The notes under the pieces are model-generated. The model searched no databases. It was given only the letters and a program-made list of their open reading frames with translations, and was not told the DNA's origin. A program made the translations under genes and the position numbers. 64,000 bases of DNA from Rhizophagus irregularis (lineage: Eukaryota): contig NC_089434.1 in NCBI RefSeq assembly GCF_026210795.1, forward strand, positions 4,030,001 to 4,094,000. Reading direction: 5' to 3'. Position 1 is the first letter of the stretch. Each line of letters opens with the position of its first letter. Positions 10,278 through 19,750 of this stretch are shown here, piece by piece.

Positions 10278-10913
10278 TCAATCCTCATTTTCACTAGATA
10301 TTTCACTATCATCAGACGAGCTTTCTTCACTGGAACTTTCACTATCTTCTTGAGACTCATTTTCTTTTACTACTTCCTTTTCTTTTATTGCTTCTTTTAC
10401 TGTATATAACTTCTTTCCTTCTTCTTGTTCATAATCAGATTCTCCTGATTCACTTTCATAGTCGGATTCTTCTGACTCTTCCACTTGTTTAATATACCAC
10501 ACTGGTATGTCTATTATTTCTTCATCATTTTCTAATTCCAATATCTTTTCTTTATAGTTGATATTTGCATTCCATTTATCCAATAAATCATTTCCTATAA
10601 TCATTTCTTTTTGCTTTGAATCTATTACATCTAATGTTACTGGTAATACTAATTCTTTATAAACTTTTATTTCTGTATTCACTTTTCCTAATGAAGCAAT
10701 CTTTCCTCCATCTGCTAATGTACACGTAATATTACTTTTTCCTTTTATTGGTATATTTAACTCTTTTCTTAATTTCTCTGTTATTACACTTATTGCTGCC
10801 CCTGAATCTATTACAACTTCGATTTCCTTATCATTTATTATAAACTGTGTTTTCATTGCCGTTGTAACTTCTTTTTCTCCACTTATTTCAGTCTTTTTCA
10901 CCTCCGAGTGTAG
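10278..10913 (-). CDS. Retropepsin aspartic protease, in frame with Gag after a single UGA
   Basis: VVIDSGAAISVI and MIIGNDLL motifs; acidic tail; frame continuous with Gag across TGA-CTA. Confidence 0.9.
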   Translation of the reverse strand, partial: LHSEVKKTEISGEKEVTTAMKTQFIINDKEIEVVIDSGAAISVITEKLRKELNIPIKGKSNITCTLADGGKIASLGKVNTEIKVYKELVLPVTLDVIDSKQKEMIIGNDLLDKWNANINYKEKILELENDEEIIDIPVWYIKQVEESEESDYESESGESDYEQEEGKKLYTVKEAIKEKEVVKENESQEDSESSSEESSSDDSEISSENED

Positions 10914-13900
10914 TCACTCTGTTTTATCTCCTTTTCTTATCATTTTCTTTATCATTCTTCCTTGTTGTTCCACAATATTAAGTAGATTTCCATAATCTAC
11001 TGGATCTTTTGATTTAACTCCTATAATTTTATCTTCTCTTGGTCTACGTTTTCCCCCTGCTTCTTTCCATCTATTTATTCCTTCCATTGTGTCATAATAT
11101 TCTCCTCTCTTTTTACTCCATTTATATCTTTTTGGGATATTCGTATTGTCTGGTCCTATTGGTCTATTATACATTGGTTGCTCATCCTCCACATATTCTT
11201 CCATCGGAACTTCTCTTCTATTTCTATATTTATGTTCTTCTTTCCCTCTTTCCTCAATCTCTTTGTCTAAATTTGGCTTTCCAAAATTTTTCCATCCTTG
11301 TTTAGGATTTATTCTATTACTTCTCCTTCTTTCTTGTACTGGGTTATCTTTTTCATACAAATCACGATTGTAGTTATACAATTGTGGATCATCATATTCA
11401 TTATTTTCATAGTCGTAATCATCATCTGATTCTTCATTTTCGTAGTCATAATCTTCTTCATGGTCTTCTATATCCATTAAATTAACTCTTCTCTCATTTC
11501 TTCTGATATTATTTCCTAATGGACATCTAGTCGCAAAATGACCTCTTCTATTACACCTAAAACAAGTTATTTCATCATAATTAATTGGTGCTCCATTATT
11601 TCTTCTCTGATTCAATTGGTTTCTATTCCCATTATTATTCAACTCCCTTTCCATATTTCGTACTTGTTTTTCCAATTTGGCAATTCTCATTTTCTCTAAT
11701 TTTTCCACTAAATCGTCCTCATAATCTTCCTTTAACGGTTTGTTAAACTTATTTTCTTGTTCATTTCTTTTATCACTGTTTTGTCTAATATCTTGAATAT
11801 TATTATTCTGAATATTATTCTGATTTAACAAACTTTGATTCATCATACTTTGTATCATCATTTGATTTCCTGTCTCTATAATTTTAGCTCTTTCAACAGC
11901 TGCATCCAACGTCGCTGGTGCTGTTTCCATTACTCTTGATATCATAACTGGATTCAGTCCCTGAATAAAATAGTTAATTTTATACATTTCTCCTAAATCA
12001 TTAACTCCTGGTGCTATTTTTCTTATTAACTTTCTGAATCTGCTTGCATATGCTCCTACTTTCTCATTCATTTCTTGTTTAATCGTTTGTAACTCTCTAA
12101 TCCATTGATTCTTTCTAACATCGCTTGCATAATGTTCCTTCAGTATTTTAGTAAAATCATTATTCCCATGGTTATGACCATTGTCCTCCCATCTTTGTAT
12201 ATCTCCTTGTTTGTTTTCATACCAATCAGCTGCTTCTCCTCGCATACATGCTGCTGCTTTTCTTATTTTATCTATTTGATTAGCTCCTTCTTGATAACCA
12301 TTTGCGCTCCAAACAACCTCAAAATCTCTAATCCACTCATATGGATCTTGATCTCCTCCATAATATAATGGTAAATCTCCTACTTTCGCTGCTCTATTCA
12401 CTGGTCCTGTCAAATTTCCAACTCTTGTTTCAACTTGATTAATTCTTCCAAATATTGTATCTGCTGGTGGAACTAAAGCATTCCAATCATTTCCTATATC
12501 ATGTCCTAATATTATATTTCCAAACGTTCTCAAATCTTCTCTGATGTGATTTCTTTCTGCCATATTCAATAATATATTCTCTTGAAATAAATCCTGTAAA
12601 TTATAATCAGATAGTTCACTTTCTGTATCAGAATTTTCAATATCAGAATCCTTAATATTTAACGAATTATTCGAATCTGAATTTTGACTTAAGCCAAAAT
12701 CTTCCGTATTTATAATATTTTCCTCATTGTTTTCAATTCTATTTTCATCAAAGTCTTCAGAATTTTCTTCCCAAATCTCATATTCTTCTGGATCTAATAT
12801 CTCTCCAATCTTTTCCGAATCATCTGAATTATCATTTTCTTCTTCACTTTCTTCAATCTCGAATTTCCTTAAGTACTCATCCAATATTCTCTTTATTTCC
12901 CTTTCTGATTCATTTTTATATTCTTGAAATTTTCTTATAAAGTCTGCACTTAATATATCAACATCTCTATATCCCATACTTATTAATCTTAATAATTCTC
13001 CATCAGAAACTTCAATTTTTAAAACTTTAATTAAGTTCCTTAGCTGTTCTAATCTTTTCTCTATTTCCGTTTCATCATCCGATTTATTCTCGTCTTCTAA
13101 ATTTTCTGGTCCTTTTTCATAACAACTTTTACATATCTTTTCTATAAATTCTTTATTGTATTCTACCGCTTCTATTGCTTCTTTCTTTAATATTATTTTA
13201 TTGCACATTGGGCATTCTATCGTATACATATAATGCCATATTCTTAACTCTTCTTCTATTCTTTCGTCATCTAATTCTTCAATAGTTTTATAAAAACTCA
13301 TAAATTCTTTAGTCTTCATTATTTCATATTCCACTCTGAAATTTATTATTCGCCTTATCTCTTCAGTATCAATTTCATAACCATTTTCTAACCAATAATT
13401 TCTGTATATTCTTTCTATATGTTCATCTCCTTCATTCGAACTTGATTCTCCTAAATCATCTGAATTTTCCAGTTCTCCTACATCACTTTGTTCTTCAACA
13501 AAACCTTTTGCTTCTACAATTTTCTTTATTATCTTATCTGTTATGTCGTCATCTATCCATGGTTTCGGGTATTTATTTCCATCCCACCATTGATATGTTA
13601 TACTTTTCTGAAACTTTCTGACTTTCTCTCTATTCTCTTCTTCTACTATATTTTCTTCTAAATGCAATATTTCCTTGAAATATCTCATTGTGCTATATCC
13701 TTTGTTTTTAATGGTTATTGGTTCTGTTTTTTCTAACCATTCCTCAAATTTTGCAAATCTCATATCTAATTCATCATCTTCTATAATATATCTATATGTT
13801 AACAATTCCCTATTTCCTAATAAATTCTCTTCTGTTTGTTCATCTAATATAAGTTCATTATCTTCATTCAGTATGTAATGTTCACATATTACTTTTATTA

Positions 13901-14297
13901 CTGATATAATTCCTATTTTTCTGTAGTCCGGTTTATTTCTATACCTTATTGATCTTACGACTACATCCAACAGTTTTTCTCCTTCTTTTCTCATTCTCTC
14001 AAATTCTTTATTTCTTTTCTTTTTACTAGATGGATAATTTTCTTCCCCATCCTTTCTTGTTAGTATTATGTATTCCATTAATTTCATATACGTATTTCTG
14101 TTATAACTCATTGCTTCTAATATTACTTTTTGAAAAATTTTCCAAAATCTTTTAAACCAATCTTCTATCTTTATTTCATCAATACCATAACATTTCAGGC
14201 ATGAAGGATCTACTTGATATTCCTTCCTCGATTCATTATGTTTTTCTATTTCATGTTTATTTTTGATCTCTTCTAATTCATCGTATATTTCAGACAT
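10914..14297 (-). CDS. Gag with a ~575-aa acidic, CxxC-containing N-terminal extension
   Basis: Capsid-like LPLYYGGDQDPYEW...MRGEAADW...IKQEMNEKVGAYASRF...FIQGL; zinc knuckle CFRCNRRGHFATRC; N-terminal CLKC, CPMC and CKSC. Confidence 0.92.
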   Translation of the reverse strand: MSEIYDELEEIKNKHEIEKHNESRKEYQVDPSCLKCYGIDEIKIEDWFKRFWKIFQKVILEAMSYNRNTYMKLMEYIILTRKDGEENYPSSKKKRNKEFERMRKEGEKLLDVVVRSIRYRNKPDYRKIGIISVIKVICEHYILNEDNELILDEQTEENLLGNRELLTYRYIIEDDELDMRFAKFEEWLEKTEPITIKNKGYSTMRYFKEILHLEENIVEEENREKVRKFQKSITYQWWDGNKYPKPWIDDDITDKIIKKIVEAKGFVEEQSDVGELENSDDLGESSSNEGDEHIERIYRNYWLENGYEIDTEEIRRIINFRVEYEIMKTKEFMSFYKTIEELDDERIEEELRIWHYMYTIECPMCNKIILKKEAIEAVEYNKEFIEKICKSCYEKGPENLEDENKSDDETEIEKRLEQLRNLIKVLKIEVSDGELLRLISMGYRDVDILSADFIRKFQEYKNESEREIKRILDEYLRKFEIEESEEENDNSDDSEKIGEILDPEEYEIWEENSEDFDENRIENNEENIINTEDFGLSQNSDSNNSLNIKDSDIENSDTESELSDYNLQDLFQENILLNMAERNHIREDLRTFGNIILGHDIGNDWNALVPPADTIFGRINQVETRVGNLTGPVNRAAKVGDLPLYYGGDQDPYEWIRDFEVVWSANGYQEGANQIDKIRKAAACMRGEAADWYENKQGDIQRWEDNGHNHGNNDFTKILKEHYASDVRKNQWIRELQTIKQEMNEKVGAYASRFRKLIRKIAPGVNDLGEMYKINYFIQGLNPVMISRVMETAPATLDAAVERAKIIETGNQMMIQSMMNQSLLNQNNIQNNNIQDIRQNSDKRNEQENKFNKPLKEDYEDDLVEKLEKMRIAKLEKQVRNMERELNNNGNRNQLNQRRNNGAPINYDEITCFRCNRRGHFATRCPLGNNIRRNERRVNLMDIEDHEEDYDYENEESDDDYDYENNEYDDPQLYNYNRDLYEKDNPVQERRRSNRINPKQGWKNFGKPNLDKEIEERGKEEHKYRNRREVPMEEYVEDEQPMYNRPIGPDNTNIPKRYKWSKKRGEYYDTMEGINRWKEAGGKRRPREDKIIGVKSKDPVDYGNLLNIVEQQGRMIKKMIRKGDKTE

Positions 14298-14713
14298 CTT
14301 GATTTATTTTATTTACCTATTTACTTGCAAAATGATTTCATTTCATATTTCCCGTCTATTTATATTTTTATTCATATAGTATTTATTCGTTTATCATTTC
14401 AATCTTTATTTCTTTTATATTTTCATGTTTACAACTTTCTACTACATTTCTTTATTATATTTTATATTACATGGTATTCTATTACTTATAACTTGATATT
14501 CTTCTAACTTCATTAATTCTTAATTAGTTTAACGTCTTTCCGGACAACTATTTGTCCCTAAATTCTTATTATTTACATTTTTCCTGTATTTCCATCTTAA
14601 CCGCTTGATTTCTTCACGCTTATTATTCTTCTTATGATATTCTTTTATTCCACCTGTTATCTTCTAACGTCTTTTTGTATATTTATTTCATCCTTTAATA
14701 TTCATCTTATTCT

Positions 14714-15040
14714 TCAATTCCTATATTCTGTCTGTTCATAAATTTTCTGATTATTCCTGTATGCAGCTATTTTACATTCTCCCATTCGCAATATATTCCT
14801 ATTTTTGTGTTCACATCTTTCTTCATGTTCATTAAGATATTCCATTCTTTTTCGAAAGTATTCTTTACATAACATTTCTATTTTGTTTCTTAAACTTTCT
14901 TCGCTTTCTTCCCTGACTTCAAAATAATTAATTTCTTGTAACGTTACATTCTCTATTTTCTCGCAATATTTACATTTTACTTTACCGTCTATTCTAATAA
15001 AACCTTTTCCATTTATATTTTCAAATACCGTTGTTTCCAT
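14714..15040 (-). CDS. Accessory ORF (108 aa from ATG 15040), putative zinc-binding
   Basis: CKYC...HEERCEH; TATAAAAG 75 nt upstream. Confidence 0.6.
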   Translation of the reverse strand: METTVFENINGKGFIRIDGKVKCKYCEKIENVTLQEINYFEVREESEESLRNKIEMLCKEYFRKRMEYLNEHEERCEHKNRNILRMGECKIAAYRNNQKIYEQTEYRN

Positions 15041-15127
15041 TTCTCGTATTTTATTCAAAATTTCTCATTTATTATTATTTTATTTTGTCATTATTCATTT
15101 CCTCCTACTTTTATAATAATTGATTAC

Positions 15128-15388
15128 TCAGTTTCTATCATCACTCGAATATTTATCAATTATTCTAAATTTTAAATTCAACCATTTAATCTCATTTTTA
15201 TCCCAATCTGCAATACACATTCCTTCATTTTCAAACCATTGTAGCGCATTTCCTAACAAATGTGTCTTTGCAATCTTAAATATTCTTTTATCATCCTTAA
15301 TTCCTATTTTCGACAAATATTTCTCAACTTGATTCGTCCATTCTTTCGGATTTTCTCCTTTTATACCATAAAATATTGGTATTTCCAT
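15128..15388 (-). CDS. Accessory ORF: stand-alone 86-aa Gag capsid N-lobe-like protein
   Basis: IPIFYG...NPKEW...HLLGNALQWFEN parallels LPLYYG...DPYEW...CMRGEAADWYEN in the element's own Gag. Confidence 0.7.
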   Translation of the reverse strand: MEIPIFYGIKGENPKEWTNQVEKYLSKIGIKDDKRIFKIAKTHLLGNALQWFENEGMCIADWDKNEIKWLNLKFRIIDKYSSDDRN

Positions 15389-15519
15389 TTTAATCTCTCG
15401 TATTACTCCTTAAAATATATATACTTCATATTCTTTTCACGGTACAAATTTTGCCCTTTTTATAACTTTATTTTAAACATTTCAAGGTTCTCAGACTTTA
15501 ATCTCTATATTTTGACCTT

Positions 15520-16425
15520 TCATTCCTCTATTTCTTGTCCTCTTATAAGATCTTCCGCTATTTCTGTTATTTCTTTCTTAGTACAACTATCTACTGATGT
15601 AATATCACAATTACTTTCGAATACTCTTTTCTTTCCTATCTTATTAACTAATAAACAAACTTTTTCTGCTTTTTCCATCATTCTTTTTAATCCTTTTCTT
15701 GTTCTTACTACATCTGTTTCCAACATTTCCTTATATATCTTTTCTCGTTCCTCTTTATCTGTTCTCCTTTTTCTATTTTTCCCTTTTCGCTTATTAATTT
15801 CTTGTTCTAATCTTTCTTCAAACCTTTTTCCTAAATAATAATGTATTTCCAATAACATCTGATTATTCCTTCTCATTTTATGACATAATTGTAATAACGA
15901 TAGTCCTCCATTCTCCTTTTCTAACATTTCTTCGTCAATATCTTCCTTCTTATGTTTTAATCTAATCATTAAAACTTGGTAATTTTCTGATCTAACTATT
16001 TCTTCATTTTCTTCACTATCATCAGTTCCATTTTTCTCACTACTATTATCTTCTTCCTTTTCTCTAACCTTATCATTCTTGTCATCTATTTCCATTAATT
16101 CTGATCTTTCTTCATCAGCTATTCCATCATTATTTATTTCATCTATTACTATATTATCATTATCATTCTCATCATTTTCTATATTAAATTCTGACTCATC
16201 ATTAACATTCCTATTTCCTGAACTATTATCACTTTCTTCTATCATATCTTCATCAAGTTCAATTTTTTCTTCGTTAAATATTCTTTCAGTAACTATCTCG
16301 CATGTGACAATCCAATTCTTTAGTCTCATGTCATTTTCATCATAAAATTCCACTTCAATACAATCATTTAGTTTTTCTTCAACTTTTCTCAATTCTCCTT
16401 TCGATATTTTAATTTTTAATTTCAT
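15520..16425 (-). CDS. Accessory ORF, 301 aa, unknown function (acidic middle, basic helical C-terminus)
   Basis: Intact ORF with the same strand and composition as the other element ORFs; TATATATA ~70 nt upstream. Confidence 0.7.
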   Translation of the reverse strand: MKLKIKISKGELRKVEEKLNDCIEVEFYDENDMRLKNWIVTCEIVTERIFNEEKIELDEDMIEESDNSSGNRNVNDESEFNIENDENDNDNIVIDEINNDGIADEERSELMEIDDKNDKVREKEEDNSSEKNGTDDSEENEEIVRSENYQVLMIRLKHKKEDIDEEMLEKENGGLSLLQLCHKMRRNNQMLLEIHYYLGKRFEERLEQEINKRKGKNRKRRTDKEEREKIYKEMLETDVVRTRKGLKRMMEKAEKVCLLVNKIGKKRVFESNCDITSVDSCTKKEITEIAEDLIRGQEIEE

Positions 16426-17060
16426 GATTTATTATTTCTTATTTATTTATTATTTTATTAGTCAGTCGTCCCTGCCCAGGGGCAACTATATATATACTCT
16501 TAATTTGATATTTTCCTATTATTCTATTGGTTATTCATTCTTATTGTTCCATCAACCGTTCTCAGTATTTCATTAAATTCTTTATTTCTTTTATAATTCT
16601 TTATTTCTCAACTTCAATCTCCTTTTCTCTAATTATTTCTTTCGCTCTTTAATTCCTTTCTACTTTCTTTCTTAACTTTTCTCTTACTGTGCCTTGTACT
16701 ACTCACATGATCTGTATTACTCACGTGACTTGCCGCAGTATAATCTCATTTTATTCACTCACATTTGTAATTGAACTGAAGATCATAAGCCCAATTGTTC
16801 AAACACTTACCATTATACCAACAACATATAGTTGTTACATTTAAACCTTGGATTCATATTTAATTTTTATAACTCCGTTCTTACAACATCAAATATTCAA
16901 CAATACTATTTCTTTTTATTTCATACTTGATACAATTCTTTTATTATACTTCTCATAATCATTAACATCATTCTTTCTTTTATTATAGTTGGATAGCCAC
17001 AGATTTTTAAGCGATCAACTTACTAAAATTTCTGTTGACAAACGCCCCTGGTGACACAAC

Positions 17061-17105
<45 letters not shown>

Positions 17106-17931
17106 TCTCTTACTTGACCAGCAAGTTTCTTCAAAAATAAATTAATATGAGGGTTTAACACCGCTTTACCCACAACGTACAATAATAATAATGGGGGTTT
17201 CTTACAGTTTAACCCGCAACTTACAATCTAGAGGGTTTATTACAGCTTAACCCACAACTTACAATCTTATAGTGTTTTAAAGGTTCCCACATAACCACTA
17301 GTGTTTTTCTTGTAAGGTTCCCACGCAACCTCTTGGGTTTATAGTTCACCCGCAACTTTTGCATTATTTCTTTTATTAGATTTACTTTCTTACCGTGAAA
17401 TCTCAATACGGTCTTATTTTCTTTTATAGTCAATTATCGTGACTAACTTAACTCCAATAATTCTTATAGAATTATCTCCTTTTATTTCCAATAACCTATA
17501 CTAGGCTTATCTCTACCTTCATATCGAAGTATGATAGTTTCTAGGTTTGTCATTAACAACTTTTTATTTCTTATTTATCAGGCTTATACATCGTCTAGTG
17601 TATTTCTTTCATTTCATGTTAGTCCTTTTTCATACTAACATACACTTCTTGTTAGTCCTTTTTCATACTAACATATACTTCTTTCAACTTCTTATAATAA
17701 ACTTCATAATTTCCTGATAAATCTCCTAATCACAAGCAATACACGCTTTGATTATCCTTCATTACTTGTACTTCTTTTATTTCTCATTGTACACTTAATA
17801 ATTTTTTTTTTTTTTTTTTTTTTATACTCAAGTCCAGATCCTCTAGGAATACCACACAGGTACCTAACTATATGAAGATAGTCAGAATGATCATATTTCA
17901 TTTCTTTTAATCTTTATTGATCATTTCCTTT

Positions 17932-17949
17932 CTCGGAAGCATTGCACCA
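17932..17949 (-). other. Primer-binding site
   Basis: TGGTGCAATGCTTCC begins 3 nt after the 5' LTR; complementary to a tRNA 3' end ...GCACCA (tRNA-Gly-like; identity inferred). Confidence 0.7.
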
Positions 17950-17952
17950 AAT

Positions 17953-18638
17953 TGTCACCCACGTCTGCCACCCGTGGATAAACACATCTTTCTCATTTAA
18001 CTTATTTCTCGTTACTTTGCTTGGTTTAGATTTTATTTTTCTTTTAACTTCTCGCTTTCTTTCTCATATATCCGTAGTATTTATTCTCAATACTACTGCT
18101 CATTCATAATATTCCCAAAATATTATGCTGCCTGTAATATTTATTCTTTCAAATATTACCATCTTATTTCTTATAAACTGCGAGAGTTCTCCTAACTTCT
18201 TATATTTCATACAATAAAACGAGAATAACTCCTCTTACTTTACTTTTCTGGACTTAATAATAATATTAATTAATTCTCAAGCGTACAATGAGCATATTCA
18301 AGATAACTTTTAATAATTAATATTTATTTTATTAAATTTGAGTCAAAACTGACTGCGGAATTCCTAACGAATCCCACCTATATTTATACATTTTTAAGAA
18401 AACTATTTCTACCACTTCTAACTTTTCTACTAATAAAAATTTAAGAACAATAAGAAAATAAAGATATATTATCATATGACTATCTTGTGACTAAACTAAA
18501 CTAAACTATAAATATTATTTTATCGGTTAATTATTTATCCTTCGGCTAATTATTTATCCATCGGTTAATTATTTATCCTTGTTCTATTCGGTCTTTTATT
18601 CATCTGCTCACGTGATTATCCTGATTTCTCGGGTTACA
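17953..18638 (-). repeat. 5' LTR (686 bp)
   Basis: Near-identical to 5826-6512; minus-strand TATAAATA near 18388 and downstream AATAAA. Confidence 0.97.
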
Positions 18639-18818
18639 GCGTAGTTCTAGTAGTTTGAATAGTATTGTTCGAAGGGTGGGGTCCCGTAGGGGATTAATTT
18701 CCAAAATTCTATACTAGCCTATTTGTACCATCATGTAAATGATGTTTTACTCTTATTTTGTAATAGTTTTGGGAGTACTACTCTTTTAGTAATAAAATAA
18801 AATAAATAAAATAAATAA

Positions 18819-19115
18819 ATCTTTTCCTCTATCAATGATTAATAACTTTTAATTTATTTTTTTACGTAGATTTAACTTAGTGAAATTTAATTGTATCAGA
18901 TAATACACACATATATATGTACAGTATTGTTAATTTTTGGGCGCAGTATTTTATTAAATTTACTGCGGTCTGAAATGACCTTAAATTATTGGTTAAACGG
19001 CTTTTCATATTGATTAATTAGGGGACTGCGGTCAGGAATGACGTTAAACTATAATTTCTACTTTAATGGTTATTTTACTTTATCTTTTTTATTGGTATAT
19101 TATTTTATTTAGGAT
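18819..19115. repeat. Continuation of the interrupted ~0.9-kb repeat copy
   Basis: CTTTTCCTCTATCAATGATTAATAAC...GGGGACTGCGGTCAGGAATGACG matches the 51-55 kb array. Confidence 0.9.
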
Positions 19116-19750
19116 CGGGTATTAGATAACGTTAATACTCTTGAAATGATCTACTATTACGCGACGAATGGCTGAACGAATTATTAATATATGTCAAAAT
19201 AAGAAATTATCATTTTAATTGGTTTTTTCTTTGTAATTTAAAAAAAGGGAATTTAAAATTTTATTTAAATATTTTAGTTCAGATCTAATTAGAAGTTAGA
19301 CTTCAAATTTATTTTCTTACCGACTTGAATTTTTCATTTTATTATTATATTTTGATTTATTATGAAACTCGAGAATTTGTTATGAATTTTTATCAAATTT
19401 AATAAGTTCTTTGTAGCTTGTGATGGCAAACGTCGTTATGACGGGCACAAGTGCTACAGTATATAAACAAGTGAATAATAATCCACAAAGAAATTTGATT
19501 TTTCTGTTACACAATCTTTAATTTAAATTTTATTTCAGTCTTTAAAGAACCCTGAAATATACATACACTCATACAGTATAAAGGCCAGATCAAAAAAAAA
19601 ATTTATATTAGCTGTACACATTATATTATATTTATTTGTTTAATATTTTAAATAGCTAGATTGTAAGTAATATATATAACTTTTGTATTATATGTATTAA
19701 ATTTATATCTAACTAATTGTACTACAGGGTGTAAGTTATATGATATATAT

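Larger units (their letters stand above)
5826..18638 (-). mobile_element. Full-length Ty3/Gypsy (Metaviridae) LTR retrotransposon, 12.8 kb, recent insertion
   Basis: TG...CA LTRs, 4-bp TSD GCGT (5822-5825 / 18639-18642), PBS and PPT, domain order Gag-PR-RT-RH-INT. Confidence 0.97.
3316..18818 (+). mobile_element. Non-autonomous non-LTR (TPRT-type) element, ~2.7 kb excluding the nested LTR retrotransposon (3316-5825 plus 18639-18818)
   Basis: Direct repeat ATCTTTTCCTCTATCAAT at 3298-3315 and 18819-18836; the host repeat resumes exactly after it; A-rich (AAAT)n tail at 18791-18818; no RT. Confidence 0.8.

Noticed and set aside
6856..16345. Plus-strand ORFs inside the retrotransposon (e.g. 8263, 15260, 16079)
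   Set aside because: S/F/L-rich antisense shadows of the purine-rich coding strand
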